From the NCBI GenBank assembly GCA_963737065.1, contig CAVTRC010000002.1, forward strand, positions 160,001 to 224,000: a stretch of 64,000 bases of DNA, read 5' to 3'. Shown here in pieces: positions 1 through 10,263 of the stretch. This DNA is from Candidatus Eremiobacteria bacterium. Its GTDB lineage: Bacteria > Vulcanimicrobiota > Vulcanimicrobiia > Vulcanimicrobiales > Vulcanimicrobiaceae. The position numbers and the translations under genes are program-made. Numbering within the stretch: position 1 is the first letter of the stretch; every line of letters starts with the position of its first letter. A model generated the notes under the pieces. The model made no database searches and was not told the DNA's origin. It worked only from the letters and a program-made list of their open reading frames with translations.

Positions 1-102
1 GCCGCGCGCGTCACATCACCGCGCGACGACGTGCGCGAGCCGGTCGACACCGCGGCGACGATCGAGGAAACCGTACCGGCAGAGGTTCCGCTTACGCAAT
101 AG
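1..102 (+). CDS. 3' end of a gene truncated by the window edge, product unknown
   Basis: Open frame ...AARVTSPRDDVREPVDTAATIEETVPAEVPLTQ* ending TAG at 100-102, convergent on the next gene. Confidence 0.4.
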   Translation, partial: AARVTSPRDDVREPVDTAATIEETVPAEVPLTQ

Positions 103-105
103 CAG

Positions 106-879
106 CTACAACGGCGTCCCGGACGCCGGATTGGGATTGAACCGTCCGAACGTCGCCGGATCGTTGCGGAATTCATTCTCGAGATCGGTGACGCGATGCG
201 TGTCGCTTGGGTGATCCGAAAGCATTTCGATTGGAGGCGCTTGCTGCGACGAACCTTCGAATCGTCTGAAGAGCCAGACCATGCCCCATGGATTTTCGCC
301 GGCCTGCGCGCAGATATACGCGCCTGTGTGATCGGCGGCGCTCTCCACCGGTCGCGAGTAGCTCAAGCTCTCGAGTTGCGCCCCCGTACCGACGACCATT
401 TGGCCGATCGTGCTGTTACCGACGAGCATTCCGGCTAGGCCGGCGAGCAGCGAAAGGTTTTGTTCCTTCCGGTACAGGTTGTAGACGTCGTGATGGATGT
501 CGTGTGAGACTTCGTGGCACAGCACGCCCGCAAGTTCTTGCTGATTCTGCGCGAACGACATCATCGACGTCGTGACGTAGACGTTTCCGCCGGGCACCGC
601 GAACGCGTTCGGCGAGCCGTTGTTGACCAAGATGAAGCGAAACGGAACAAAGTACTGATGGTCCGCGACGCTTTTGATGCGCTTCGCGATCGGACCCAAC
701 TTTCCGTAGAGCGGCGAAGACGTTGGAACGACCTTACTTTGAAGCTGCTCGTATTCTTGCTGGCCGACTTGCAGTTCCCATTGTTCTTGCTCGGTGTACG
801 CCTGCGCCGGGACGGCGGCTGCGAACGTCGTGGATAACGCGAGAAGCGATGCAACGGCGAAGCGGGCAAACGTTTGCAT
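106..879 (-). CDS. M48-family zinc metalloprotease with signal peptide
   Basis: PNAFAVPGG, HExxH (CHEVSH), YSRPVESAAD and LSDHPS motifs. Start taken at MQTFARF (879), which gives a signal peptide ending AQA. Confidence 0.85.
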   Translation of the reverse strand: MQTFARFAVASLLALSTTFAAAVPAQAYTEQEQWELQVGQQEYEQLQSKVVPTSSPLYGKLGPIAKRIKSVADHQYFVPFRFILVNNGSPNAFAVPGGNVYVTTSMMSFAQNQQELAGVLCHEVSHDIHHDVYNLYRKEQNLSLLAGLAGMLVGNSTIGQMVVGTGAQLESLSYSRPVESAADHTGAYICAQAGENPWGMVWLFRRFEGSSQQAPPIEMLSDHPSDTHRVTDLENEFRNDPATFGRFNPNPASGTPL

Positions 880-979
880 AGAAGACAGTATTCCCACATC
901 TGTTAGAACGTGCAACGGGCCCGGCTGAGTGCCGTGCCCGCTGTATTTTCGCGATGAGAACTTGGTTAATTCGACGCCG

Positions 980-3088
980 TTAATGTGCGAGGAACCCAAC
1001 GAGCAATAATGCGACGATGTTCAGCACTTTGATCATCGGGTTGATCGCGGGACCGGCCGTATCTTTGTACGGGTCACCGACCGTATCGCCGGTCACCGCT
1101 GCTTGGTGAGCGATGGATCCTTTGCCGCCGTACTGACCATCCTCGATGTATTTCTTCGCGTTGTCCCATGCGCCACCGCCGGTCGTCATCGAAATTGCTA
1201 GAAAGAGACCCGTGACAATGGATCCGACGAGAATACCGCCCATGACTTGCGCGCCCGTGTTACCGGGCAGTACGCCGAACACCGAGAGCAACACCACGAT
1301 GATCGGAACGCCAACGGGAATCAGCGCCGGAACGACCATCTCTTTGAGAGCGGCAGTCGTCACGATGCCGACCGTCGTTGCGTAGTTCGGCTTGGCCGTG
1401 CCTTCCATGATGCCGGGAATCTCACGGAACTGACGGCGCACTTCTTCGACGACAGCACCGCCTGCGCGTCCGACCGCTTGCATCGAGAGGGATGCGAACA
1501 GATACGGAAGCAGACCGCCGATGAAGAGACCTGCGAGTACGTACGGATCACCGATCGCAAAGAGATCCGTGACGCTCGCCGCGCAATCGGCGCCGCCGGT
1601 CGCGCCGCACTTGGCTTTGATCAACTCCTGCAAGAACGAAGCAAAGAGTACGACCGCCGCGAGTGCCGCCGAACCGATCGCGTATCCTTTGGTGACAGCC
1701 TTCGTCGTATTTCCGACGGCATCGAGCGGATCGGTGACGTTGCGCACGCTCTCGGGCATGTCGGCCATTTCTGCGATACCGCCCGCGTTATCGGTAATTG
1801 GTCCGAACGAGTCGATCGCGACCACGATGCCGGCAAGTGAAAGCATCGCCATGACGGCAATGCCGACGCCGTACGTTCCGGCCAGACCGTAACTGACGAG
1901 AATACCGATCACGATAACGATTGCGGGGAGCGCCGTGCCTTGCATGGAGACCGCAAGTCCAGCAATGATGTTTGTTGCGTGTCCCGTGACCGATGCCTTC
2001 GCAATGCTGCGTACCGGCGCGAACTGCGTACCGGTATAGTACTCCGTAATGATCGTAATCAAACCGGTGACGGCAACGCCGACGAGCGCGCAGAAAAAGA
2101 TCGCAGTCGGATTGATGTCCGTCGATCCGCCGAACGTTGCTTTGGTCGCGAACCAAAATCCGATCAGCGCGAGAATACCGGCGACGATCATACCGTTGTA
2201 AAGCGACGCCATGATGCGCGTTTTCGACACGGAGCCCACGCCGACGATCCACGACCCGATGATCGATGCGACGATCGAGAGCGCCCCGAGGACGAGCGGA
2301 AACGTGGTGGCGCCGGGTACTTTGTCGCCGAAGACGAGATTGCCGAGCAACATCGCGGCAACCGTCGTGACGCAGTACGTTTCGAAAAGGTCTGCTGCCA
2401 TGCCGGCGCAGTCGCCGACGTTGTCGCCCACGTTGTCTGCAATAACGGCCGGATTGCGCGGATCGTCTTCGGGAATACCGGCTTCGACCTTACCGACCAG
2501 ATCGGCGCCGACGTCGGCCGCCTTCGTATAGATGCCGCCACCCAGACGCGCGAAGACGGAGATCAGCGAGCATCCGAACGCGAGACCGACCATTGCGCCG
2601 AGCGTGCGCGTCGTGTCGCCGCCGTTCGTGTTTTGCAGAATCGCGTAATATCCCGAAACGGCAAGCAATCCAAGGCCGACGACGAGCATGCCCGTTACCG
2701 TGCCGCCGCGGAATGCGACGTGCAGCGCCGGGCCTAAGCCGCCGCGCGCCGCTTCTGCAGTGCGCACGTTCGCGCGCACTGACACGATCATTCCGATGAA
2801 GCCGGCGGCTCCCGAAAGAATCGCGCCGATCAAGAAGCCGACTGCGGCCTCCCAGCCAAGCGGAGGCGCGAAAAAGATGATGATCGCCAGAACGATCGCA
2901 ACGATTCCAATCGTCGTGTACTGGCGCTGCAGAAAGGCCATCGCGCCTTCCTGAATGGCCGCCGCGATCGATTTCATCCGCTCGTTGCCGTCCGGCCGCC
3001 TGAGCACCCAAAAGGTGAGGACGATACCGTAAATTACGGCCAGGGCGCCACCGATCAGGCCGGCCAAAATCGCAGATTGTGCCGTCAT
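980..3088 (-). CDS. hppA: Membrane-bound H+-translocating pyrophosphatase, probably K+-independent
   Basis: [47 protein letters not shown] and [11 protein letters not shown] motifs. GNTTKA carries Lys at the K+-dependence position. Confidence 0.95.
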   Translation of the reverse strand: MTAQSAILAGLIGGALAVIYGIVLTFWVLRRPDGNERMKSIAAAIQEGAMAFLQRQYTTIGIVAIVLAIIIFFAPPLGWEAAVGFLIGAILSGAAGFIGMIVSVRANVRTAEAARGGLGPALHVAFRGGTVTGMLVVGLGLLAVSGYYAILQNTNGGDTTRTLGAMVGLAFGCSLISVFARLGGGIYTKAADVGADLVGKVEAGIPEDDPRNPAVIADNVGDNVGDCAGMAADLFETYCVTTVAAMLLGNLVFGDKVPGATTFPLVLGALSIVASIIGSWIVGVGSVSKTRIMASLYNGMIVAGILALIGFWFATKATFGGSTDINPTAIFFCALVGVAVTGLITIITEYYTGTQFAPVRSIAKASVTGHATNIIAGLAVSMQGTALPAIVIVIGILVSYGLAGTYGVGIAVMAMLSLAGIVVAIDSFGPITDNAGGIAEMADMPESVRNVTDPLDAVGNTTKAVTKGYAIGSAALAAVVLFASFLQELIKAKCGATGGADCAASVTDLFAIGDPYVLAGLFIGGLLPYLFASLSMQAVGRAGGAVVEEVRRQFREIPGIMEGTAKPNYATTVGIVTTAALKEMVVPALIPVGVPIIVVLLSVFGVLPGNTGAQVMGGILVGSIVTGLFLAISMTTGGGAWDNAKKYIEDGQYGGKGSIAHQAAVTGDTVGDPYKDTAGPAINPMIKVLNIVALLLVGFLAH

Positions 3089-3205
3089 TCATGCCCTTAC
3101 GTAGGAGTAGCAGCAAACGCAGCGCGTAAGGCGCCGCCTAAGCGCGACGGGTACCCCTAAAAAGCCTACTTTTCCTTTAGAAGCGCCGCACGCTGCGCGA
3201 CGCGA

Positions 3206-3748
3206 TTACGCTTCTTCGATTTTTATAAAGCGGTCGTACGCTTCGGCGATCACGCGGCGGGAATAGGCGGCGTCGTGCCAGCCGCGCACGGTGGTTTGCT
3301 TTCCTTCAAGTGCTTTGTATGTGTCGAAGAAGTGTGAAATCTTGCGCAGCAGGTGCGGGAAGATCTGCGAGTAGTTATGGATCTCTTCAAACGCGGGCTC
3401 GCCGACCGGTACTGCAAGCACCTTGTCGTCTTGCTTTCCGCCGTCGGTCATCTCGAGCAAGCCGATTGGACGCGCGCTTACGAGACAACCCGAGAACGTC
3501 GGTTCAATGGCGAGCACCAGCACGTCGAGGGGATCGTCATCCAGCGCCAGCGTTTGCGGCACGAATCCGTAATCGCCCGGATAGTGAATGGCCGAGTGCA
3601 GCGCGCGATCGAGCCGGAAAATGTCCAGTTGTTTGTCGTACTCGTACTTATTGCGCGACTTCTCCGGAATTTCGACGACGACGTTGATTTCGTCCGGTTG
3701 ATTTGCGCCGATCGGCAAGTGGAGATAATTTCGTCCGGGAGCGTCCAT
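3206..3748 (-). CDS. ppa: Soluble inorganic pyrophosphatase (family I)
   Basis: VVEIP...NKYEYDK, YPGDYGFVPQTLALDDDPLDVLV, DDKVLAVP and HFFDTYK motifs. Start at MDAPG (3748). Confidence 0.92.
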   Translation of the reverse strand: MDAPGRNYLHLPIGANQPDEINVVVEIPEKSRNKYEYDKQLDIFRLDRALHSAIHYPGDYGFVPQTLALDDDPLDVLVLAIEPTFSGCLVSARPIGLLEMTDGGKQDDKVLAVPVGEPAFEEIHNYSQIFPHLLRKISHFFDTYKALEGKQTTVRGWHDAAYSRRVIAEAYDRFIKIEEA

Positions 3749-3847
3749 AGCGAGCCCGGTTGTTCGTGTCCCGCGGCGAGGGGACCTCGATAGTCCGACA
3801 AGCTCTACCAAGGCTCAATGCGACAAGTGTGGTAGTAGCCATGAGAG

Positions 3848-5050
3848 ATGGAAGATGTCGAGTTTCTCGTCGTCGGCGCAGGTCCGGCAGGCAGCACTGC
3901 TGCGAGAGAAGCAGCGGCTTCGGGAATTGAAACGCTCGTTCTCGAGAAAGATAGCGTCGTCGGTGCCAAGCGCGTGTGCGCCGCGGGCTTGCGTCCCGGT
4001 TTTTGCGAAACGTTCGATCTTCCCCGCGACATCGTTCATTGCGACACGCCGCGTCTCGCACTCTTCGACGAGCAAGGACGCGAATACGAAGTTCTGTTCG
4101 GTCCCGGTCACACGTCGACGCGCGAAGAACTTGATGGGACGATGGCTCGACTTGCGCACGCCGCAGGCGCGGAAATTCGAACGCAATCGTTACTGAAGCA
4201 TTTCAGACGCGAACACGATAGCGCGGTCATTGAATACGCCGATCTCGCGTGCGGAGCTCGCAAGAACGTGCGCGCGCGAACCGTCTTTTTCGCCAACGGC
4301 GCCACCGCGCGGTTCGAGCGGCTGAGCGAGGAACGCGCGTTCGATGACTCGCGATGGGATGCGGGCTTGATGACGACGCTGCAGTACCGGGTGTACCTCG
4401 ACCGTCCCGCCGCCGCCATCGCGTATCAAACGCTCGAGCTTCATTATTATGTGTCGCGCGGCCGTCAGATCGTCGCATGGATGTTCCCCAAGCGCGACCA
4501 CCTGGCGATCGGGCTGGGACTCATCGGAAAACTGCCCGGAGCGCAATTGCGTGAGGAGTTGGATGCGTTTACCGGGCGCGTTCGCGGGCGGCTCTACCCC
4601 GGCGCGACCGTCACACAGGTAAAAGAGGAAGGCCACTTGCTCTTCGGCGGATGGCCGCGTGCGCAATTCGCCGAGCGCGGCGTAATGGTTGGTGGAACCG
4701 CCGCGGGGCTCGTCGATGCGACGAACGGTGAGGGAATCTTCGAAGCAGCGATGAGCGGGCGTCTCGCCGCGCACGCGGTGCAAGAGCATCGCCACGCGCC
4801 GCACGCCGCATCCGAGCGTTATCGCGACCGGCTCAACGCGCGCTTTCTCCGCCGGCTCGAACGCCGCGTGCGCCTCATGCGCTTTCTCGAGGAGCGGCCG
4901 AAACGTTACGGCCTGCTCTTCGAACAACTTGCATCGAGCCGGCGTTTCTCCAACGCGCTGTATCAGGAAGATCGCGAGCGAACAATTTTCGACCGGGCCG
5001 TCCTCTATGCGCATGCTTTACGTTTTGGCGTGAGGGCTTCGTTCGTGTAA
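3848..5050 (+). CDS. Geranylgeranyl reductase-family FAD-dependent oxidoreductase
   Basis: VVGAGPAGS, W-x-FPK and GTAAGLVDATNGEGIFEAAMSG motifs. Confidence 0.8.
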   Translation: MEDVEFLVVGAGPAGSTAAREAAASGIETLVLEKDSVVGAKRVCAAGLRPGFCETFDLPRDIVHCDTPRLALFDEQGREYEVLFGPGHTSTREELDGTMARLAHAAGAEIRTQSLLKHFRREHDSAVIEYADLACGARKNVRARTVFFANGATARFERLSEERAFDDSRWDAGLMTTLQYRVYLDRPAAAIAYQTLELHYYVSRGRQIVAWMFPKRDHLAIGLGLIGKLPGAQLREELDAFTGRVRGRLYPGATVTQVKEEGHLLFGGWPRAQFAERGVMVGGTAAGLVDATNGEGIFEAAMSGRLAAHAVQEHRHAPHAASERYRDRLNARFLRRLERRVRLMRFLEERPKRYGLLFEQLASSRRFSNALYQEDRERTIFDRAVLYAHALRFGVRASFV

Positions 5051-5071
5051 GCGGCGAAGCTCGCCCCACCG

Positions 5072-5893
5072 GTGTCCACTGTCGCTATTTCCGAAGCGGA
5101 GTTTCTTGCGCTGCGCGATTGTATTCGCGAGCGTTTTGGAATTTTCTACGACGATACGAAACAGTTTCTACTGCAAAGCCGCTTGCAAACGCGTCTTCTC
5201 AAAACGCGAATGCAAGATTTTCGGTCGTACTACCGGCTTCTCACTACGGCCCCCGAACGCGACGCGGAATGGGCCGAACTCGCTTCGGTCTTGTGCAACA
5301 ACGAGACGTACTTCTTTCGCGAGAGAGCGCAACTCGACATCCTCGTCACCGACGTGCTCGATGAAGCGATAAAAAACGGCGGCCGCCTCAGAGTATGGTC
5401 CTCGGCGTGTTCCACCGGCGAGGAACCGTTCACGATTGCCATGATGCTCTTGGAGAGCAAACGCATCAGCCGCGCGGCGATCACGTTGCGCGCGACGGAC
5501 CTTTCTCCGCGCGCCTTGGAAAAAGCGTCGACCGGCTTCTATCGTGAACTTTCGTTTCGCGCGACGCCGCCCGAAGTGGTGCAAAAATATTTTCGCCCGT
5601 TCGAAGGCGGCTTCTTCATCAACGACGACGTTAAGCACATGGCGCAGTTTTCGCGGATGAACCTCCTCGATGACCGCTCGGTCGCCGCGATGGGAATTCA
5701 TGACGCGATTTTCTGTCGCAACGTCTTGATCTATTTCGATAAGCCCACGCAGAAGCGCGTCGTCGAGGCATTCGCCGGCGCTTTACGGCCCGGTGGATAT
5801 TTGTTCTTGGGGCACGCGGAATCGATCATGCGGCTCACCGGCCTCTACGAGCCCGTCGTCACTGCGAAAGCGATCTACTATCGGCGGAAATGA
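5072..5893 (+). CDS. cheR: Chemotaxis protein-glutamate methyltransferase
   Basis: NNETYFFRE, VWSSACSTGEEPF, IFCRNVLIYFD and LFLGHAES motifs. Confidence 0.95.
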   Translation: MSTVAISEAEFLALRDCIRERFGIFYDDTKQFLLQSRLQTRLLKTRMQDFRSYYRLLTTAPERDAEWAELASVLCNNETYFFRERAQLDILVTDVLDEAIKNGGRLRVWSSACSTGEEPFTIAMMLLESKRISRAAITLRATDLSPRALEKASTGFYRELSFRATPPEVVQKYFRPFEGGFFINDDVKHMAQFSRMNLLDDRSVAAMGIHDAIFCRNVLIYFDKPTQKRVVEAFAGALRPGGYLFLGHAESIMRLTGLYEPVVTAKAIYYRRK

Positions 5894-5906
5894 CGGAACG
5901 ATAGAG

Positions 5907-6977
5907 ATGATCAAAGTCTTGGTAACAGACGACTCCGCATTCATGCGGCGCGCGATCACCACGATGGTCGAAAACGAAGCGGACATGGAAGTGGTCGCCA
6001 CGGCGCGCAGCGGAGAAGAGGCGATCACCAAAGCGCTCCAGCTCGAGCCGCACGTCATCACGATGGACGTGGAGATGCCGGGAATGGGCGGCCTGGAAGC
6101 CGTACGCCAGATCGTCGCCGATCATCGTATACCGATCATCATGTGCAGTTCGCTGACGCATGAAGGTGCTGAGACGACCTTCCGCGCGCTCGAGCTGGGC
6201 GCGGTCGATTTCATTCCGAAGCCCGACGCGGCCTACGTGAACATTCAAGACGTTGCGCGCGACCTTGTTGCGAAGATCCGCGCCGTGTCGCTGCGCGGCG
6301 CGCAGCCGTTCGTGCACACGCCGCCCGCGGCTGCGGAGCGGCCACGGATCATTGCGTCGCCACCGCGCGTCACGCCGCTTGCGCGCTCGGCGTCGAAGTA
6401 TCAATGCGTCGCGATCGGGACGTCCACGGGCGGTCCCGTCGCGCTCTCACACGTCGTGCCGATCCTTCCGGCAAACTTTCCGCTCCCCGTATTGATCGTC
6501 CAGCATATGCCGATGGGCTTCACGCGTCCGCTCGCGGATCGGTTGAACGCGCAGAGCAAGTTGAACGTGCATGAAGCGGTGAACGGCATGGTGCTCGAGC
6601 CGGGAAGTGCGTTAGTGGTTCCGTCGGGTAAACAAATCGTGCTGCGTCGCGCCGCAAACGAAGTGGAACTGCGCCTCGTTGATGACGCGGGTACATCGTT
6701 ACATGTACCGAGTGTGGACCGCCTTGCCGAGCAAGTGGCCGACGCGTACGGCGGCGGCGCGATTGGGGTAATTTTGACGGGCATGGGTCAAGACGGTGTA
6801 AAGGGTTTGCGCAAGCTGAAGGAGCGCGGTGGGTATGTCATCGGTCAGAATGAAGCGACGTGCGTCGTGTACGGCATGCCGCGCGCTGCAGCGCGCGATG
6901 GACTCGTCGATCGCGAAGCTGCGCTCGACGACATTCCGCAATTACTATGCGACCTTTCGGGCGTAGCAAACTCTTAA
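5907..6977 (+). CDS. cheB: Chemotaxis methylesterase (REC + CheB domains)
   Basis: IKVLVTDDSAFMR receiver domain, GTSTGGP, VQHMP, ILTGMGQDG and VVYGMP motifs. Confidence 0.95.
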   Translation: MIKVLVTDDSAFMRRAITTMVENEADMEVVATARSGEEAITKALQLEPHVITMDVEMPGMGGLEAVRQIVADHRIPIIMCSSLTHEGAETTFRALELGAVDFIPKPDAAYVNIQDVARDLVAKIRAVSLRGAQPFVHTPPAAAERPRIIASPPRVTPLARSASKYQCVAIGTSTGGPVALSHVVPILPANFPLPVLIVQHMPMGFTRPLADRLNAQSKLNVHEAVNGMVLEPGSALVVPSGKQIVLRRAANEVELRLVDDAGTSLHVPSVDRLAEQVADAYGGGAIGVILTGMGQDGVKGLRKLKERGGYVIGQNEATCVVYGMPRAAARDGLVDREAALDDIPQLLCDLSGVANS

Positions 6978-7076
6978 CCGTTTGTGGGGCGGACGGACTA
7001 TGGTTGTGAGTAGGAGGCTGTGCGGCAACTGTGAATATGTCGCACCGACGCGCGGTGTGCGCGTTCTCGGGGTTGC

Positions 7077-8003
7077 ATGAAGCTGAGCCGTAGTCCACGC
7101 AGCTACGTTATCGGCGGCGTCGAACTCTCGCGAGAAGAAATCGTTCACAAGTACTTGCACTTAGTGAAGTATGTGGCCGGTCGAATCTCAGTTAACTTAC
7201 CGCCGAACGTGGAGATCAACGATCTCATAAACGACGGTATTTTAGGCTTGATCGATGCCATCGAAAAATACGATGACGCGCGCGGTGTGAAATTCGAAAC
7301 GTACGCAATCACTCGCATTAACGGGGCAATCCTCGATGCGCTTCGTTCGCTTGACTGGGTCCCGCGCGCGGTTCGGCAACGCGCGCGCGAACTCGAGCGC
7401 ACACATCAAGAATTAGAAACCGAACTCGGCCGCGTGCCGACGCATGATGAGATCGCCGAGCGTATGGGCCTGTCGTCGAAAGAACTCGATCAGATCATTC
7501 AGCGGGTGCGCGGCACCGCGGTGCTTTCACTCGAAGAGTTTCTTCCGAACGAAAAGGGTTACGAGATTCCGCTCGTCGACACGTTGCGCGACGAAGACAA
7601 CGACGTGATGTTCGAAGTCGAATCCCGCGAAGTGCGTGCCGAGCTCGTGGATGCGGTCGAGAATCTGCCGCCACAAGAGCGCACGGTGATTCGTCTGTAC
7701 TACTTCGAAGGCCAAACACTCAAGGAAATCAAGGGCGCACTCGGAGTTTCCGAGTCCCGTGTTTCGCAGATTCACGCGCAGGCCGTCATTCATCTGCGCC
7801 AACGCCTGCGCGAGTTGCGCAACGATCTCGGCTACCGTGAAGACGACCCCACGATCAAGCAAAAGTACCTGCGCAAGCCGCAACCCGGTGCCGATACTAA
7901 AGTAGAACGCACCCTACGCGGGGAAGTAACGGGTGATGGCGATTCGTCCCGTGGATCTGCAACTCGCCTACCTGGCCGCCCCGCAGAGCGCGGCCCAGGT
8001 TAA
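7077..8003 (+). CDS. fliA: RNA polymerase sigma-28 factor (FliA/WhiG)
   Basis: GLIDAIEKYD, KFETYA, LRSLDWVPR and VSESRVSQIH motifs. Confidence 0.95.
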   Translation: MKLSRSPRSYVIGGVELSREEIVHKYLHLVKYVAGRISVNLPPNVEINDLINDGILGLIDAIEKYDDARGVKFETYAITRINGAILDALRSLDWVPRAVRQRARELERTHQELETELGRVPTHDEIAERMGLSSKELDQIIQRVRGTAVLSLEEFLPNEKGYEIPLVDTLRDEDNDVMFEVESREVRAELVDAVENLPPQERTVIRLYYFEGQTLKEIKGALGVSESRVSQIHAQAVIHLRQRLRELRNDLGYREDDPTIKQKYLRKPQPGADTKVERTLRGEVTGDGDSSRGSATRLPGRPAERGPG

Positions 8004-8259
8004 TAGCGCGCAGCAAGCTCCCGCCGCCGCACAAGCCGCCGCACAAAACGCCTTCGCCGAACAGGTTCATAACCGGGAAGAGACGATTGCCGAAGCGGAA
8101 CATGCCAAGAACACCGGCATTCGTACGAGTCCCGACGGTCAGGACAGTAGCGGCGGCTATACGCCGGACGAACGCAAACGGCGCGAGTATCGCGCGCCCG
8201 AGGACAGTTCGCCGCTCGGATTCGCCGACGGTGAACACTTTATTGACGTTACGGTGTAG
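7936..8259 (+). CDS. Hypothetical protein downstream of fliA
   Basis: MAIRPVDLQ start and G-x-FIDV C-terminus typical of small flagellar-locus proteins. Overlaps the fliA 3' end. Confidence 0.65.
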   Translation: MAIRPVDLQLAYLAAPQSAAQVNSAQQAPAAAQAAAQNAFAEQVHNREETIAEAEHAKNTGIRTSPDGQDSSGGYTPDERKRREYRAPEDSSPLGFADGEHFIDVTV

Positions 8260-8278
8260 GGAGGCGCCTCCCTAACTG

Positions 8279-9919
8279 ATGTCCGGAATGGATCCGCTCG
8301 CCGCCATCGCGCTCCGGGCGGTTGCGAATGCACAAGCCGCGATCGAAGAAGCGACGCTCAATCTTGGCGCGGTCGTTAGCGACGTTCAGTCACAACTGAG
8401 TGTCGGTGATCTCCTGAGCGCAACGGTCCTTTCGCCGCAAGACGGCAGCGATCGCATCTCGCTCCTCGGACACACGCTGCCCGCTCAGCTTCCTTCCGGG
8501 ATCGATCCCGGCGAGACGATTGCTCTGCAAGTGACCGGATTTACAAACACCGCGATCATCGTGCGCAATCTCGGAACGGTTGATTCGCAGCAAGCGCCAC
8601 CCGAAGCCGCGGCGCCGTCGCCGCAACAGCCGCCTCGTGTACCGGTTGCGCCGCCGCGCGAACTTTTTGTTGCTGCATCGGTAAAGACGGAACGGGCGCC
8701 GGGCGCGGCCGCGCCGGCGACACCGCGCACATTTCCGCAACCACCCGCGGCACATGCGCCTGCGGAGATTGAAGCGCGACTGATTGCAACGCGCGCGAGT
8801 ACGACGATCGGCGCACCGTCGCTCAAACGTGAACCGCAAACGCCCGCGCCGCAGCGTGCGGTGCCGAGCGGAATGCCGTCACAAACCGCTCCGGCGCGTG
8901 CGCCGCTCGAACGCGCACAGCAAACGCCGTTGCCGACAACACCGCAAAGCGCATTGCTGACGCGGCTTCGCGTGCCCGTCACGCCGACGACGCTCGCAGC
9001 TGCGAAGCTCGTCGAAGCCGCCACGAAAAATGCCACAGCTGCATATGAGAAACTGGATGCGGTGCTCGCCAAGCTTCCGCCGGATCCGCGCGCCGCATCG
9101 TTGCGATCGACGTTGTCATTCGTTGCACGGTTCGATTTGCGAAACACACGCGCATTGCCCGAACAGATTGCCTCGTACGTCTCAAACGTTGTGACGAGTG
9201 CCGAATCAAAGACTGCGCAAATCGTGCGCGCGTGGACTCAGGCCGAACCCCTCGGGTTTGCGCAAGTTGCAGATCGAGCGCAGCCCTTACCGGGCGCAAC
9301 CGTGCGCGTCCCGGAAGCGCCGGTTGTATCGCAATCCATCGACCCGTCGTTGGTAAATGTCGCCGCACGTGCGGCCGAACGCGCCGTTGCGCTCGATCAC
9401 GATGTAAAGACCGCGCTCCTGCAATTGGTTGCCGATCCGCCTCCGGGGAGTTCAACGCAAGTCATTGCGGCCTTGCGCGATGCGCTTACCGCAACGACGG
9501 CGGCGCAGCTTAATGCACTTGCACCGGAAAACAATACCGCGAACACGATCGCGATTCCGTTGCCGGCGTATTTCTATGACGGCGGCCAGCCCGCGCAGGT
9601 GCGCATCTCGCGCGATGCACGCAACGGCAAGAACCCGATGGATGCCGACAATTTCCACATCGCGTTCGTGCTCGACACGAAGTCACTCGGCACCGTCGCA
9701 ATCGACGTGCAGACCGCCGGACGCAGCGTGCGCCTCGATGTAAAAACCGAAACCGCGCGCTCCGCCGATCGCTTCCGGACGTCGCTCGGCGATCTGCGCG
9801 GGCGGCTGCAGGCCTTGCATTACCGCGTCGCCACGATGGCAGCCGGCATCGCGCCGCGAGTGAAGAGGGACGGACCCGCGCCGCCGTCGCGAACGTCGAA
9901 TGTTGACACGCAGGCATGA
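8279..9919 (+). CDS. FliK-like protein (Pro/Ala-rich, C-terminal hook-length-control-like domain)
   Basis: C-terminal FVLDTKSLGTVAIDV segment. Coupled by ATGA to an EscU-like gene, as in Bacillus ylqG-ylqH. Confidence 0.65.
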   Translation: MSGMDPLAAIALRAVANAQAAIEEATLNLGAVVSDVQSQLSVGDLLSATVLSPQDGSDRISLLGHTLPAQLPSGIDPGETIALQVTGFTNTAIIVRNLGTVDSQQAPPEAAAPSPQQPPRVPVAPPRELFVAASVKTERAPGAAAPATPRTFPQPPAAHAPAEIEARLIATRASTTIGAPSLKREPQTPAPQRAVPSGMPSQTAPARAPLERAQQTPLPTTPQSALLTRLRVPVTPTTLAAAKLVEAATKNATAAYEKLDAVLAKLPPDPRAASLRSTLSFVARFDLRNTRALPEQIASYVSNVVTSAESKTAQIVRAWTQAEPLGFAQVADRAQPLPGATVRVPEAPVVSQSIDPSLVNVAARAAERAVALDHDVKTALLQLVADPPPGSSTQVIAALRDALTATTAAQLNALAPENNTANTIAIPLPAYFYDGGQPAQVRISRDARNGKNPMDADNFHIAFVLDTKSLGTVAIDVQTAGRSVRLDVKTETARSADRFRTSLGDLRGRLQALHYRVATMAAGIAPRVKRDGPAPPSRTSNVDTQA

Positions 9920-10212
9920 GCGGTTTCTTCGACTTTCGCAAACGCATATTCAAACGGCCGGCCGCCGCGGCGCTGCAGTACGACCCGTTGAAGTCGGATC
10001 CGCCGCAGGTCGTTGCCGTCGGACGCGGCGTGACCGCCGACGAGATCGTGCGCGTCGCAAAAGAGCACCACGTGCCGCTGTACGAAGACGCAGGTCTGGT
10101 TGAGGCGCTCGCGCGATTGGATGTTGCGGACTGCGTGCCGCGCGAGCTGTATGCCGTCGTCGCCGAGGTTCTGGCTTACGTGTACCGCCTCGATGAAGAC
10201 TGCGCCGGTTGA
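9916..10212 (+). CDS. EscU/YscU/FlhB cytoplasmic-domain-like protein
   Basis: AAALQYD...PQVVAVGRG..ADEI...ELYAVVAEVLAYVY. Confidence 0.9.
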   Translation: MSGFFDFRKRIFKRPAAAALQYDPLKSDPPQVVAVGRGVTADEIVRVAKEHHVPLYEDAGLVEALARLDVADCVPRELYAVVAEVLAYVYRLDEDCAG

Positions 10213-10221
10213 CTCGCTGTA

Positions 10222-10237
10222 TCGAACAGGTGTTCCC
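10222..10237. promoter_or_regulatory. Putative LexA (SOS) operator, Gram-positive type GAAC-N4-GTTC
   Basis: TCGAAC-AGGT-GTTCCC about 27 bp upstream of ftsY in the ftsY-recA-recX run. Confidence 0.55.
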
Positions 10238-10263
10238 TATTCGGGTACTGAAGGGGTAGTTCC

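Noticed and set aside
7871..7897. Sigma-28 promoter inside the fliA 3' end
   Set aside because: GCCGATAC is present but there is no TAAA-like -35 at 15-16 bp spacing
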